Positions 8,834-18,187 of a DNA stretch of 64,000 nt are shown here, piece by piece. Origin of the DNA: Candidatus Acidiferrum sp. GTDB lineage: Bacteria; Chloroflexota; Dormibacteria; Dormibacterales; Dormibacteraceae. The translations under genes were made by a program, and so were the position numbers. The DNA lies in contig DATMKM010000158.1 in NCBI GenBank assembly GCA_035571315.1, positions 20,182-84,181 of the forward strand, in the 5' to 3' direction. The notes under the pieces are model-generated. The model did not search any database. It saw only the letters and a list, made by a program, of their open reading frames with translations, and was not told the origin of the DNA. Position 1 is the stretch's first letter, and each line of letters starts with the position of its first letter.

Positions 8834-9645
8834 CGACGCGACCACCGCTCTCTGACCGCGTGCGCCTCCTCGAAGAGCTCCACGAGGCGTGAATCGTTCG
8901 CCTCGAGGTGCCTCCGGAGGCGGGCCAGCTCCGCAGCGATCGCGTCGAGCTGCTCCACCAGCTGTGCGCGGTTCGTCCGCGCCACTCCGGCATAGAGCTC
9001 CGGGTCGCCCCCCGCCAGGCGGCTCATGTCTCGAAAGCCTCCCGCCGCCAGCTTCGACGCCTCGGGCCAGTCGGAGCGGCGCGACAGCGCCAGCACGTAG
9101 CCGACGGAGAGCAGGAACGCCGCATGGCTGACGCCGGCGACCAAACGGTCGTGAGTCTCCGCGTCCATCACGATCGGATGCGCCCCGATGGCTTCTATCA
9201 GGTCGACGAGCGCCGGCTCGCCGCGGGTCAGCACCCACGGCGCATCCTTGAACATCGAGCCGTCCGCGGCCTCGATGCCCGAGCTCTCCTTCCCGCACAT
9301 CGGATGGCCGCCGACGAGGGCGATGCCGGCAGAAGACGCCCACTCCATGACGTCGGCCTTGGTGCTCGCCATGTCGCTGACCACTTTTCCATCTGTCCTT
9401 CCCGCCAGCTGCGCGAAGACGTCGCGCATGGCACCGATGGGGGCGCCGATGACGATCACCTCGGCCATGTCCGCAATGCTCGTGTCGGCGCTCGCGCTGG
9501 CGACGATGCCGCGCTCCAGGGCTTTGCGAAGCGTCCTCGAATCCGTGTCGCTTCCAACGATCACGGTGTCGGGCCGCGCCTTTTTCAACGCGAGGGCGAA
9601 CGACGAACCCATGAGCCCGAGCCCGACCACCGCAACTGTGGTCAT
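8830..9645 (-). CDS. tyrA: Prephenate dehydrogenase
   Basis: 271 aa. MTTVAVVGLGLMGSSFALAL...LVGGHPMCGKE... Confidence 0.85.
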   Translation of the reverse strand: MTTVAVVGLGLMGSSFALALKKARPDTVIVGSDTDSRTLRKALERGIVASASADTSIADMAEVIVIGAPIGAMRDVFAQLAGRTDGKVVSDMASTKADVMEWASSAGIALVGGHPMCGKESSGIEAADGSMFKDAPWVLTRGEPALVDLIEAIGAHPIVMDAETHDRLVAGVSHAAFLLSVGYVLALSRRSDWPEASKLAAGGFRDMSRLAGGDPELYAGVARTNRAQLVEQLDAIAAELARLRRHLEANDSRLVELFEEAHAVRERWSRR

Positions 9646-9649
9646 GGAG

Positions 9650-10666
9650 CTATGCCAGCTGCTTGGCCATCGAATCCAGCAGGCGCCGCAGGTCGGTCAT
9701 CAGCAAGTCGAAGTTCTCGAAGTCGAGCGACTGGGCGCCGTCGGACAGCGCCTGGTTGGGCGACGGGTGCACTTCCACGATCAGCCCGTGAGCGCCCGCG
9801 GCCACCGCCGCCAGCGACATCGGCCGCACGAGCGACCACCTGCCGGTGGCCTGAGAGGGGTCGACGATGACGGGAAGATGCGACAGCTCGCGCGTGAGCG
9901 GAATCGCATTCAGGTCGAGCGTGAAGCGCGTGGCGGTCTCGAAGGTCCTGATGCCGCGCTCACAAAGGATCACGTCGCGGTTGCCTTGCGACAGCACGTA
10001 CTCCGCGGCGAGCAGCCACTCCTCGATGGTCGATGACATGCCTCGTTTGAGCAGCACCGGCTTGCCAGACCTCCCAGCCTCCTGCAGCAGCGCGTAGTTC
10101 TGCATGTTGCGAGTTCCGAGCTGGAGGATGTCCGCGTAGCGCGCGACTAGCTCCACGTCGCCCGGAGCCACGACCTCGGTCACGACCTTGAGCCCGGTCT
10201 CGTCGCGCGCGGTCGCCATCATCTTGAGCGCCGCCTCGCCGAGACCCTGGAACGAGTAAGGCGAGGTGCGCGGCTTGAACGCCCCGCCCCTGAGCACCTT
10301 GGCACCCTGCTTGGCGACATGCCGCGCTGTGTCGAGGAGCATCTCCTCGCCTTCGACCGAGCAAGGGCCGGCCATCATGACGACTTCGTCCCCACCGATC
10401 TTCACCCCGCCCACGTCGACCACTGTGTTGGCGCGGCGGAACTCGCGGCTCGCCAGCTTGAATGGCTTGGTGATCGGGATGATCTCGTGGATTCCACCGA
10501 GGTGGGAGAAAGCCTCCTTGTACGCGTAGGCGTTCCCTCCGATCACTCCGATCAGCGTCCGCTCCTCGCCCTTGGAGAGCTCGGTCTTGAGCCCGATTTC
10601 GTGTACGCGGTCGACCACCGCATCCACCTCGGCCTTGGTCGCGCCGTGCGTCATGACGATGATCAC
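9650..10666 (-). CDS. aroF: 3-deoxy-7-phosphoheptulonate (DAHP) synthase, type I-beta with N-terminal ferredoxin-like regulatory domain
   Basis: From GTG 10666 (GTGA overlap with the aroH stop): VIIVMTHGATKAEVDAVVDRVHEIGL...MMAGPCSVEGEEMLLDTARHVAKQGAKVLRGGAFKPRTSPYSFQGLG...ILCERGIRTFE. Colinear with the Thermotoga-type enzyme. Confidence 0.9.
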   Translation of the reverse strand: MIIVMTHGATKAEVDAVVDRVHEIGLKTELSKGEERTLIGVIGGNAYAYKEAFSHLGGIHEIIPITKPFKLASREFRRANTVVDVGGVKIGGDEVVMMAGPCSVEGEEMLLDTARHVAKQGAKVLRGGAFKPRTSPYSFQGLGEAALKMMATARDETGLKVVTEVVAPGDVELVARYADILQLGTRNMQNYALLQEAGRSGKPVLLKRGMSSTIEEWLLAAEYVLSQGNRDVILCERGIRTFETATRFTLDLNAIPLTRELSHLPVIVDPSQATGRWSLVRPMSLAAVAAGAHGLIVEVHPSPNQALSDGAQSLDFENFDLLMTDLRRLLDSMAKQLA

Positions 10667-11058
10667 GGAATCAACGTGCCCCGCAGGTAGTCGAGGTCGG
10701 CCTTGATCGCCTGCGCACCGCGCAGGTAGGCGAAGCGCATCGCCGACTGAGGTTGCGCAGTGTTGTAGAGGATCAGGACCCGCACACACTTAGGCACGCC
10801 GCGCGGGTTGGGCAGCTCAATGTCCATGTCGTGGCCGCACAACAGCGGCACGTCGAGCCAGCCCAGACGGCGCGCGGCGAAGGCGGGAAACTCGGCCGTC
10901 AGGTCGTGCGTGGTGGTGAAGTAGGTGAAGCAGATCTCCGCGATGTCCAGGTGGTTGAGGCGCACCAGCTCACGGAGCAGCTCTTCGGTCGCCTCCGTGA
11001 TCGACTCCGCAGTGTTCGACTGGGCGGTTGTCGCGCCCCTGATCCCTCTTACCGGCAA
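10663..11058 (-). CDS. aroH: Chorismate mutase, AroH class
   Basis: 131 aa. [28 protein letters not shown]...DLTAEFPAFAAR...CVRVLILYNT resembles B. subtilis AroH. Confidence 0.85.
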   Translation of the reverse strand: MPVRGIRGATTAQSNTAESITEATEELLRELVRLNHLDIAEICFTYFTTTHDLTAEFPAFAARRLGWLDVPLLCGHDMDIELPNPRGVPKCVRVLILYNTAQPQSAMRFAYLRGAQAIKADLDYLRGTLIP

Positions 11059-11822
11059 CCCTTCAAAAGCTCCTTCACCAGTGCGACCGGGTCTCCGCCC
11101 CGGTCGATCTCGTGGACGATCGCGCTCCCCACCACCGCGGCGTCCGCGATGGCACGCAGCGCCTTCATGTGCTCGGCTCGCGAGATCCCAAAGCCCGCTG
11201 CAATCGGAAGCTTCGTATGCCGTCGAACCTGCGCGAACAGGTCCTTCATTCCAGGCGGCAGGTCCTTCCGCGCGCCCGTGATTCCGGTCACCGTCACGCA
11301 GTAGACGAACCCGCTCGAGTGGTCGCAGATCATCGACAGCCTTTCCTGCGCGGTCGTCGGAGCGACCATGAAGACAGTGTCCAGGGATGCCGCCCGGAGC
11401 CAGCCGGCGACCGGCTCGGACTCCTCGACCGGCAGGTCCGGGACGATCACGCCCGCCACCCCGGCCTGCGCTGCCTCGGCCGCAAATCGCCTCGGGTCGT
11501 AGGCCAGCACGGGGTTGATGTAGGTCATCAGGACGACCGGCACGCCCTCAGTCGCAATTGCTGCCGCCACCTCGAGCGCCCCCGCCACGTTCATTCCGTG
11601 CTCGAGGGCGACCTGTCCCGCGTGCTGGATCACCGGGCCGTCCGCGAGCGGGTCCGAGAAGGGAATACCGATCTCGAGGGCCGCGATGCCCGAGCCGGCG
11701 AGCCGCTTCCCCACCTCGATCGACTTCTGCTTGGTGGGATGCCCGGCCATCATGTAGGCGACGAGCTTCAGGTCGCCGGTTGCCCTCAGCGCCTGCTCCA
11801 GTGAAACGGCTTCAGCCCGCAT
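11049..11822 (-). CDS. trpA: Tryptophan synthase alpha chain
   Basis: ...AYMMAGHP...[19 protein letters not shown]...[15 protein letters not shown]. Start taken at ATG 11822, an 11-nt overlap with trpB. Confidence 0.9.
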   Translation of the reverse strand: MRAEAVSLEQALRATGDLKLVAYMMAGHPTKQKSIEVGKRLAGSGIAALEIGIPFSDPLADGPVIQHAGQVALEHGMNVAGALEVAAAIATEGVPVVLMTYINPVLAYDPRRFAAEAAQAGVAGVIVPDLPVEESEPVAGWLRAASLDTVFMVAPTTAQERLSMICDHSSGFVYCVTVTGITGARKDLPPGMKDLFAQVRRHTKLPIAAGFGISRAEHMKALRAIADAAVVGSAIVHEIDRGGDPVALVKELLKGCR

Positions 11823-13002
11823 CTTCCACCGAGTCCATGTCCTTGTCACCACGTCCCGAAAGACACACGAGAATCCGCCCGCCCGGCCCCATTTCCCGCG
11901 CCAGCACGCCCGCGTGGTGCAGCGCGTGCGCTGGCTCGAGCGCCGGCATGATCCCCTCGAGCCGCGTACAGAGCTTGAACGCCGCGAGCGCGTCCTTGTC
12001 CGTCACCGCTACATATTCGGCACGCTCGATATCGCGGAGGAAAGAGTGCTCTGGGCCCACGCCCGGGTAGTCGAGCCCCGCCGAGATGGAATGCGTGGGC
12101 AGCACCTGTCCGTCGCCGTCCTGCAGGAGGTACGAGTAGCTGCCGTGCAGGACGCCGGGGCGCCCACCCACCAGCGAGGCTGCGTGCTGCCCGCTCTTCA
12201 CGCCCCTACCTGCGGCCTCGACTCCGACAAGCAGCACGTCCTTGTCCTCGAGGAATGCGGTGAAGATGCCGATCGCGTTGGACCCGCCGCCGACGCACGC
12301 GATCACCACGTCCGGCAGTTTGCCGTCCACCGAAAGGTACTGGTCACGTGCCTCGTCGCCGATCACGCGCTGGAGGTCTCGCACCATCTCGGGGTACGGA
12401 TGAGGCCCGACCACCGAACCGATGATGTAGTGAGTCGTGCGCACGTTCGTGACCCAGTCGCGGATCGCTTCCGAGGTCGCGTCCTTCAAAGTCTTCGTAC
12501 CGCTCGTCACCTCGACGACGTCTGCGCCAAGGAGCTTCATCCTGCGCACGTTCATCGACTGCCGGTGCATGTCCTCAGTTCCCATGTACACGGTGCATTC
12601 GAGGCCGAACCTCGCGGCCACCGTCGCGGCGGCGACCCCATGCTGGCCGGCGCCGGTCTCGGCGATCACTCGCTGCTTGCCCATCCGCAGCGCCAGCAGC
12701 GCCTGGCCGACGGCATTGTTCAGCTTGTGCGCGCCGGTGTGGCAGAGGTCTTCGCGCTTCAGATGGATGTGGGCGCCGCCGAAGTGCTCGCCCAGCCTGG
12801 TCGCGGCGTAGAGCGGGGTGGGCCGGCCGACGAATGCGTGTCGATGACCGGCCAGCTCGAGCTGGAACTGCGTGTCCGCCTTAGCCTCGTGCCACATGTC
12901 CTCGAGCTCTTGCAGGGCGCCCATCAAGGTCTCCGGCACGTACTGGCCCCCGTAGGGACCGAAGCGCCCGTCGACCGGGTGCGTCGGAGCGTTGCGCGCC
13001 AT
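11812..13002 (-). CDS. trpB: Tryptophan synthase beta chain
   Basis: 396 aa. [16 protein letters not shown]...[17 protein letters not shown]...GGGSNAIG. Confidence 0.95.
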   Translation of the reverse strand: MARNAPTHPVDGRFGPYGGQYVPETLMGALQELEDMWHEAKADTQFQLELAGHRHAFVGRPTPLYAATRLGEHFGGAHIHLKREDLCHTGAHKLNNAVGQALLALRMGKQRVIAETGAGQHGVAAATVAARFGLECTVYMGTEDMHRQSMNVRRMKLLGADVVEVTSGTKTLKDATSEAIRDWVTNVRTTHYIIGSVVGPHPYPEMVRDLQRVIGDEARDQYLSVDGKLPDVVIACVGGGSNAIGIFTAFLEDKDVLLVGVEAAGRGVKSGQHAASLVGGRPGVLHGSYSYLLQDGDGQVLPTHSISAGLDYPGVGPEHSFLRDIERAEYVAVTDKDALAAFKLCTRLEGIMPALEPAHALHHAGVLAREMGPGGRILVCLSGRGDKDMDSVEDAG

Positions 13003-13611
13003 CTACATCAAAGCCTCGGCGAGGCGGACGGCGTGGACGAACGCGCGGACCTTGTCCGGATCCTTCACACGAATCGAGGACTCGACGCCGCTCGAAACGT
13101 CGACACCATGTGGTTTGAACACGCTCACGACCTTGCCCACGTTACCCGGTTCAAGACCACCGGCGATGAACACCTTGCGTGCCGCGAGCAGGGGACGCGC
13201 GAGCTCCCAGTCCCAAACCTGTCCGGTACCGCCGCGCTGGTCGGACGACCAGGTATCGAGCATCACCGGGTCGGGCCACCCGTCCGTGTCGGGGACCTGG
13301 CCGTCTTTGACCTTCAGCACCTTCATCACCGGACGCCCCGCGTCAAAGCCCGGCGACTCCGATCCGTGCAGCTGCACGACGTCCAGGCTCACGAACTCCG
13401 CGATCTGCCGGACCTCCTCCGCCTCCTGGTCGATGAAGACTCCGACGATGGTGGGTCGCAGGGTGAGACTGTCGAGGATCGCCTTTGCCTCCTCGGGTGT
13501 CACCCGCCGCTGCGACGAGCAGAAATGAAACCCGATCAGGTCGGCGCCGGCTTCGACGGCGGCGGCCGCGCCCGCCACGTCGCAGATGCCGCAGATCTTC
13601 ACCTGGACCAC
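13003..13611 (-). CDS. trpF: Phosphoribosylanthranilate isomerase
   Basis: 202 aa. MVQVKICGICDVAGAAAAVEAGADLIGFHF...LDTWSSDQRGGTGQVWDW. Confidence 0.9.
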   Translation of the reverse strand: MVQVKICGICDVAGAAAAVEAGADLIGFHFCSSQRRVTPEEAKAILDSLTLRPTIVGVFIDQEAEEVRQIAEFVSLDVVQLHGSESPGFDAGRPVMKVLKVKDGQVPDTDGWPDPVMLDTWSSDQRGGTGQVWDWELARPLLAARKVFIAGGLEPGNVGKVVSVFKPHGVDVSSGVESSIRVKDPDKVRAFVHAVRLAEALM

Positions 13612-14393
13612 GCGGTCAGCTCCTTGATCCGGAGCTCAGGCTTCTCGGCTCGCATCAGCGCCTCACCCACCAGGATCGCGTTGGCGCCCGCTTCGTACAC
13701 CCGGCGCGCGTCGTCAGCGTCCTTGATGCCGCTCTCCGCCACGACGATGACATTGGCCGGGATCACCTTGCGCAGCCGCTCGGTCAGTCCGAGGTCGATC
13801 TCAAAGGTTCGAAGGTCGCGGTGGTTGACGCCGACGAGCTCAGCGCCGGACTCGAGGGCGACGGTCGTCTCGCCCTCGTCGTGCACCTCGACCAGCGCCG
13901 CCATCCCGCGGCTCCTGGCGACCGCGAGCAGCTCTTTGAGGTGCGGCTTGTCCAGCGCGGCCACGATGAGCAGCACGGCGTCGGCCCCGGCCGCCCGCGC
14001 CTCGGCGATCTCGTACGGGTCGGTCACGAAATCCTTGCGCAGGATCGGAAGGTTGCTCGCCGCACGCGCGGCGAGGACATGTTCTGGGCGACCGCCGAAA
14101 CCGGCCATGTGCGTGAGCACGGAGATCGCCGCCGCACCGCCCTCCGTGTAGGCGTGTGCGAGGTCCGCGGGCCGGTAGTCCTCGACCAGCACGCCCATGG
14201 TAGGCGTGCGCTGCTTCATCTCGGCGATCACCGCCAGGCCGGGGCCTTGGAGCGCCCGGGCAAAGTCCTTGGGTGTGTACAGGGCGACCGTGCGCTCGAA
14301 CTGGTCCTGCGCGATCAGGGCCCGGCGTCGCTGCAGATCCTGCCTGGCTTCCACCACGAGGCGAGACAAGAGGTCCTTCTGTTCCTGGGTCAC
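13599..14393 (-). CDS. trpC: Indole-3-glycerol phosphate synthase
   Basis: ...GLAVIAEMKQRTPTMG...GGAAAISVLT...LRKDFV...ALVEVHD...VGVNHRDL. Start taken at GTG 14393 (GTGA overlap with the trpD stop). The ORF track start is 14414. Confidence 0.9.
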   Translation of the reverse strand: MTQEQKDLLSRLVVEARQDLQRRRALIAQDQFERTVALYTPKDFARALQGPGLAVIAEMKQRTPTMGVLVEDYRPADLAHAYTEGGAAAISVLTHMAGFGGRPEHVLAARAASNLPILRKDFVTDPYEIAEARAAGADAVLLIVAALDKPHLKELLAVARSRGMAALVEVHDEGETTVALESGAELVGVNHRDLRTFEIDLGLTERLRKVIPANVIVVAESGIKDADDARRVYEAGANAILVGEALMRAEKPELRIKELTAWSR

Positions 14394-15391
14394 TCCTGGG
14401 AGATTTTCGCCCACCGCTGGAGGACCTCGCCCGCGCGCCCGGAGTCGATCGTCTCGGCCGCGACGCCCAGGCCATCCTTCCAGGTATCCGCCAGGCCGGC
14501 TGCCCGAAGCGCCGCGGCGGCGTTCAGGAGCACGGCGTCGCGCCGTGGGCCCTTCGTCCCCTGGAGCACCTCGCGTGCGATGCGTGCGTTCTCCTCCGGC
14601 CCGCCACCGCGCATCGCCTCGACCGGCGCCCTGGCCAGCCCGAGCTGGACCGGATCCAGCTCATATTCTTTGCGCTCTCCATCGATCTCGATCACGTGGG
14701 AGGGTGAGCTCACCGAGAGCTCGTCCATCCCATCGCCGGCGTGGAAGACGATCGCTCGCTCGACGCCAAGCCGCATCAAGACGTCCGCCATCTTGCCCGC
14801 CATCGAGCCGTCGGCCACACCGAGCGCCTGGTACCTCGCGCCCGCGGGATTGCAGAGCGGTCCGAGCACGTTGAACACCGTGCGCATCCCGAGCTCGCGC
14901 CGTGGCACGCCCGCAAATCGAAACGATGGGTGAAAGACCGGCGCGAACAGGAATCCGATTCCCGCCTCCTCGACGCAGCGTGCGACGCCCTCGGGACCGA
15001 GGTCGATCTTCACGCCCAGCTGTTCGAGCACGTCGGCCGAGCCGCACATCGACGATGCCGCCCGGTTGCCGTGCTTGGCGACCTTCGCACCCGAGGCAGC
15101 GGCGACGATCGCAGACAGGGTCGAGATGTTGAAGGTCGCGAGTCCGTCCCCACCGGTCCCACAGGTGTCGAGGAGCGCGCCGTCGATCTCGATCGGGGTC
15201 GCCACCGCGCGGGCGGCTCGCGCGAAGCCGGTGATCTCGTCGACCGTCTCGCCCTTCATCCGGAGCGCGACGAGAAAGCCGGCGATCTGAACCGGTGTCG
15301 CGTCGCCCCGCATGATCTCCTCGAACGACGCAGCCGCCTCGTGCTCCGTGAGGTTTTCACACCTCACCAACTTGGCAATCGCCTCGATCAA
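14390..15391 (-). CDS. trpD: Anthranilate phosphoribosyltransferase
   Basis: 333 aa. ...DTCGTGGDGLATFNIST...KHGNRAASSMCGSADVLE... Confidence 0.9.
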   Translation of the reverse strand: MIEAIAKLVRCENLTEHEAAASFEEIMRGDATPVQIAGFLVALRMKGETVDEITGFARAARAVATPIEIDGALLDTCGTGGDGLATFNISTLSAIVAAASGAKVAKHGNRAASSMCGSADVLEQLGVKIDLGPEGVARCVEEAGIGFLFAPVFHPSFRFAGVPRRELGMRTVFNVLGPLCNPAGARYQALGVADGSMAGKMADVLMRLGVERAIVFHAGDGMDELSVSSPSHVIEIDGERKEYELDPVQLGLARAPVEAMRGGGPEENARIAREVLQGTKGPRRDAVLLNAAAALRAAGLADTWKDGLGVAAETIDSGRAGEVLQRWAKISQE

Positions 15392-15957
15392 GATTTCTTC
15401 TCCGAGCGCCGCACGAAGTTAGCGAGGATCTTCTTGCCCTCTTTGGTCAGCACCGACTCGGGATGGAACTGCACTCCATAAGTCGGGTGCTTGACGTGAC
15501 GCAGCCCCATCACGGTGCCGTCAGCCGTCCACGCGGTGATCACGAGTTGTTCCGGCACCGAGTCGCGCTGGACGATCAGAGAGTGGTAGCGCGTTGCCTC
15601 AAACGGGTCGTTCACGCCCGCCATGACCCCTGAGTTGTCGTGCCTGATCCACGACGTTTTACCGTGCGCCGGTTCGTTGCGCACCACGCGCGCGCCGAAC
15701 GCCTCGCCCAGGCACTGATGGCCGAGGCAAACGCCGAGGATGGGCACCTTGCCGCTGAGCTCGCGGATTGCCGCAGTCGACACTCCGGCGTCATCGGGCG
15801 TCCCGGGGCCTGGCGAGATCACGATGCCGTCGAAGGCGGCGAGCTCGTCGACCGTCACCTCGTCATTCCGGAAGACCGTCGGTTCCGGGCCAAGCTCGGC
15901 CAGGTACTGCACCAGGTTGTACGTGAACGAGTCGTAGTTGTCGACGACCGCGATCAC
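15388..15957 (-). CDS. trpG: Anthranilate synthase component II (glutamine amidotransferase)
   Basis: 189 aa. MIAVVDNYDSFTYNLVQYL...ISPGPGTP...PILGVCLGHQ...GVQFHPES. Confidence 0.9.
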   Translation of the reverse strand: MIAVVDNYDSFTYNLVQYLAELGPEPTVFRNDEVTVDELAAFDGIVISPGPGTPDDAGVSTAAIRELSGKVPILGVCLGHQCLGEAFGARVVRNEPAHGKTSWIRHDNSGVMAGVNDPFEATRYHSLIVQRDSVPEQLVITAWTADGTVMGLRHVKHPTYGVQFHPESVLTKEGKKILANFVRRSEKKS

Positions 15958-17367
15958 CTACATGCCCTCCGCCATCTCGATGGCCTTAAACATCGCGCTC
16001 GCCTTCTCCAGCGTCTCCTCGAATTCACGCTCAGGTCGCGAGTCGGCGACCACGCCGGCGCCTGCCTGGACGTAAGCCACCCCGTCGGCTACCACCACCG
16101 TCCGAAGTGTGATCGCCATGTCGAGGTTGCCCCCGAAGCCCACGTAGCCGAGCGAACCCGCGTACACCCCGCGCTGGTCCGGCTCCAGCTCGGCGATCAC
16201 CTCCATGGCGCGAATCTTCGGCGCGCCGGACACGGTCCCCGCCGGAAACGCGGCACGCAGCGCGTCGAGCGACGTGCAGCCGTCCCGCAGCTCTCCACTG
16301 ACCGTCGATGAGATGTGCATCACGTGCGAATAGCGCTCGACCTCCATCAGCCGTTCGACATTCACCGTGCCCGGGCGGGCGACTCGGCCCACGTCGTTGC
16401 GCCCGAGGTCGACGAGCATTACGTGCTCGGCACGCTCCTTGAGGTCGCTGAGCAGCTCCCTCTCCAGCTTCACGTCTTCGGCCGGGTCGGCGCCGCGCCG
16501 CCGTGTTCCGGCCAGCGGCCGCGTCTCGACGCGCTTGCCCTCCACCTGGATGAGCTTCTCGGGTGAGGTGCCCACGACGTGGCGATCGCCCCCCAGCGAC
16601 AGGTAGAACATGTAGGGCGACGGGTTGATCGCACGGAGGCAGCGGTACACGTCGAACGGGCTGGCCTCGAGCGGCTTGCGAAAGCGCTGCGACGCCACGA
16701 TCTGGAAAGCGTCGCCGGCGAGGATGTGCTCCCTGGCCGCGTCGACCATCGACTCGAACTGGCCCTTGGTGACGTTGGACTCCCAGCGAGTACCGTCCGC
16801 CCCGCGCGCATACGACGCGACCTGATCCGAGCCGAGCCGGCGCTCCATCTCGTCGATGCGGCTCACCGCCTCTTCGTAGTCTTCGCGGTCCGGCCGGTGG
16901 ATCGTAAGGAGCTTGAGCCGGCGCGTCACGTGGTCGAAGACGGCCAGGTCGTCCGCGCGAAGGAAGGCGCTCTCGGGCATCGGCGGAGGCGCGCCCGCGG
17001 CGACGGGCAGGCGCTCGAAGTGGCGGGCGGTCTCGTAGCCAAGGTAACCGACCGCCCCCCCGTGGAATCGCGGCACGCCTCTGACCGGCGCGGTGACCTC
17101 GGCGGCGACGGCGCGGAGTGCAGCGAGGGGATCGTGAGGGGCGAGGTCCAGGTGCCTCGGCTCGAAGCCGATGAACGAGTACCGGGCCAGGCGTTCGCCG
17201 CCCTCGACGCTCTCGAGGAGGAAGCCGGGAGTCCCCGGCGGGCACAGCACCGTGTACGCGCGGACCGGGGTCAGCATGTCGGCCAGCACCTCCCGGTAGA
17301 CCGGGATCAATGCATGGTCTTTGGCGAGTACCTGGGCTTCTTCCCCGGAGGGAGTGCAATCTCTCAT
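15958..17367 (-). CDS. trpE: Anthranilate synthase component I
   Basis: 469 aa. ...FQIVASQRF...NPSPYMFYL...LAGTRRRG...GAPKIRAMEVI...RGVYAGSLGY. Confidence 0.9.
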   Translation of the reverse strand: MRDCTPSGEEAQVLAKDHALIPVYREVLADMLTPVRAYTVLCPPGTPGFLLESVEGGERLARYSFIGFEPRHLDLAPHDPLAALRAVAAEVTAPVRGVPRFHGGAVGYLGYETARHFERLPVAAGAPPPMPESAFLRADDLAVFDHVTRRLKLLTIHRPDREDYEEAVSRIDEMERRLGSDQVASYARGADGTRWESNVTKGQFESMVDAAREHILAGDAFQIVASQRFRKPLEASPFDVYRCLRAINPSPYMFYLSLGGDRHVVGTSPEKLIQVEGKRVETRPLAGTRRRGADPAEDVKLERELLSDLKERAEHVMLVDLGRNDVGRVARPGTVNVERLMEVERYSHVMHISSTVSGELRDGCTSLDALRAAFPAGTVSGAPKIRAMEVIAELEPDQRGVYAGSLGYVGFGGNLDMAITLRTVVVADGVAYVQAGAGVVADSRPEREFEETLEKASAMFKAIEMAEGM

Positions 17368-17587
17368 CTCATCTCATCGTCCTAGTCTCGACTGGTCTCG
17401 CCGCCCGCTTTCTGCAGCGGGCCGGAGGCGAAAGGTTAGCAGAGACAGGCCGGGTCACAATTCGCGCCCTGCCCACCCGTCTGCCTGCCATCGCCGCGCT
17501 CGGTCTCTGGCTGATGGCCGTCTCGGCGTCGGCGCCCATGGGGCCACCCCCCGGGCGACTCCGAACCGCCAGGCAACTACTAGACGG
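17368..17587 (-). promoter_or_regulatory. 220-nt untranslated leader of the trp/aro operon, with a strong stem-loop (17398..17431)
   Basis: No plausible ORF. The transcribed strand can form tcgcc-(tccg)-gcccgct-gcagaa-agcgggc-ggcga (12 bp in total) about 30 nt before the trpE ATG, with no U-tract. It also contains AGAGA (17504..17508) and GGGTGGG (17472..17478). The regulatory class is not assigned. Confidence 0.3.
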
Positions 17588-18154
17588 CTACTTCCTTGTC
17601 GTCTTGGCTTGCGCGTTCGCCTTTGCTTTCATATCCCGCTTGATCTCTCGCGCGTGCGCCATCGACTCGACCGAGTCGACGTCCGCCACGGTGTGCCAGT
17701 TCGCGGCGTGCTTCTCCCATCCGCGCGGCTTGACCCCGAACTTCTTGGCCAGCACCGCAACCAGGATCTTGACCTTCAAGTCTCCGAAGCCAGGCAGCTT
17801 CTTGATGCGCTCGGCCAGGTCATCCCCGTCGCGCGCGTCCCTCCACACCGAACCCGCGTCGCCCGCGTATTCGGCGACGACCACCTGGCAAAGCGCCTGC
17901 GTGCGTTTGGCCATGCTGCCGGGGAAACGATGCAGCGCCGGGCGCTCCCGAAAGACCGCGACCAGCTTGTCCGGGTCCATGTCGGCGATCTTCCGCACGT
18001 CGAGGTGGCCCAGCCGCTTCTTCAACTCGAGGGGGCCGCTGAACGCCTTCTCCATCTTGACCTGCTGGTCCAGGACCAGGCCGATCAGGAGGGCGAGCGG
18101 GTCGGTCTCCAGGAGGCGGTTCGCCTCGGGATCGTCGGTCCATACGATGGGCAC
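17588..18154 (-). CDS. HhH-GPD-type base-excision DNA repair protein
   Basis: 188 aa. ...DPLALLIGLVLDQQVKMEKAFSGP...RPALHRFPGSMAKRTQALCQ...KKLPGFGDLKVKILVAVLAKKFGVKP matches the actinobacterial HhH-GPD family as I recall it. GTG start. Confidence 0.75.
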   Translation of the reverse strand: MPIVWTDDPEANRLLETDPLALLIGLVLDQQVKMEKAFSGPLELKKRLGHLDVRKIADMDPDKLVAVFRERPALHRFPGSMAKRTQALCQVVVAEYAGDAGSVWRDARDGDDLAERIKKLPGFGDLKVKILVAVLAKKFGVKPRGWEKHAANWHTVADVDSVESMAHAREIKRDMKAKANAQAKTTRK

Positions 18155-18187
18155 CTGAAAACTTTACCCTTTGCCGTTATAGCCAAC

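Noticed and set aside
8834-9343. A 170-codon N-terminal extension of aroA in ORF 7577..9343. The same kind of extension appears for tpiA (30938..31252), the response regulator (41162..41425), the DAHP synthase (10667..10789) and DUF2332 (43700..43852).
   Set aside because: The extensions overlap the well-supported upstream gene in another frame and are Arg/Gly-rich. Homologue N-termini begin at internal ATG/GTG codons that form ATGA/GTGA junctions.
11914-14151. A 745-aa ORF on the + strand, and similar long + strand ORFs (413..1222, 1448..2407, 5159..6364, 7700..8422, 14741..15481, 16579..17385, 23823..24977, 49873..51387, 53881..55101).
   Set aside because: They lie antisense to genes with unmistakable homology (trpB/F/C, uvrA, uvrB and others). 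Their products are Arg/Pro/Gly/His-rich low complexity with no motifs. These are typical shadow ORFs of high-GC DNA.
17368-17587. A firm call of a T-box riboswitch, or of a Trp leader-peptide attenuator, upstream of trpE.
   Set aside because: Only partial T-box elements are present (AGAGA, GGGUGG). The 3' half of the T-box and the specifier loop cannot be placed. The hairpin lacks a U-tract. The only AUG-initiated leader frame has no Trp codons. It is kept as an unassigned leader.
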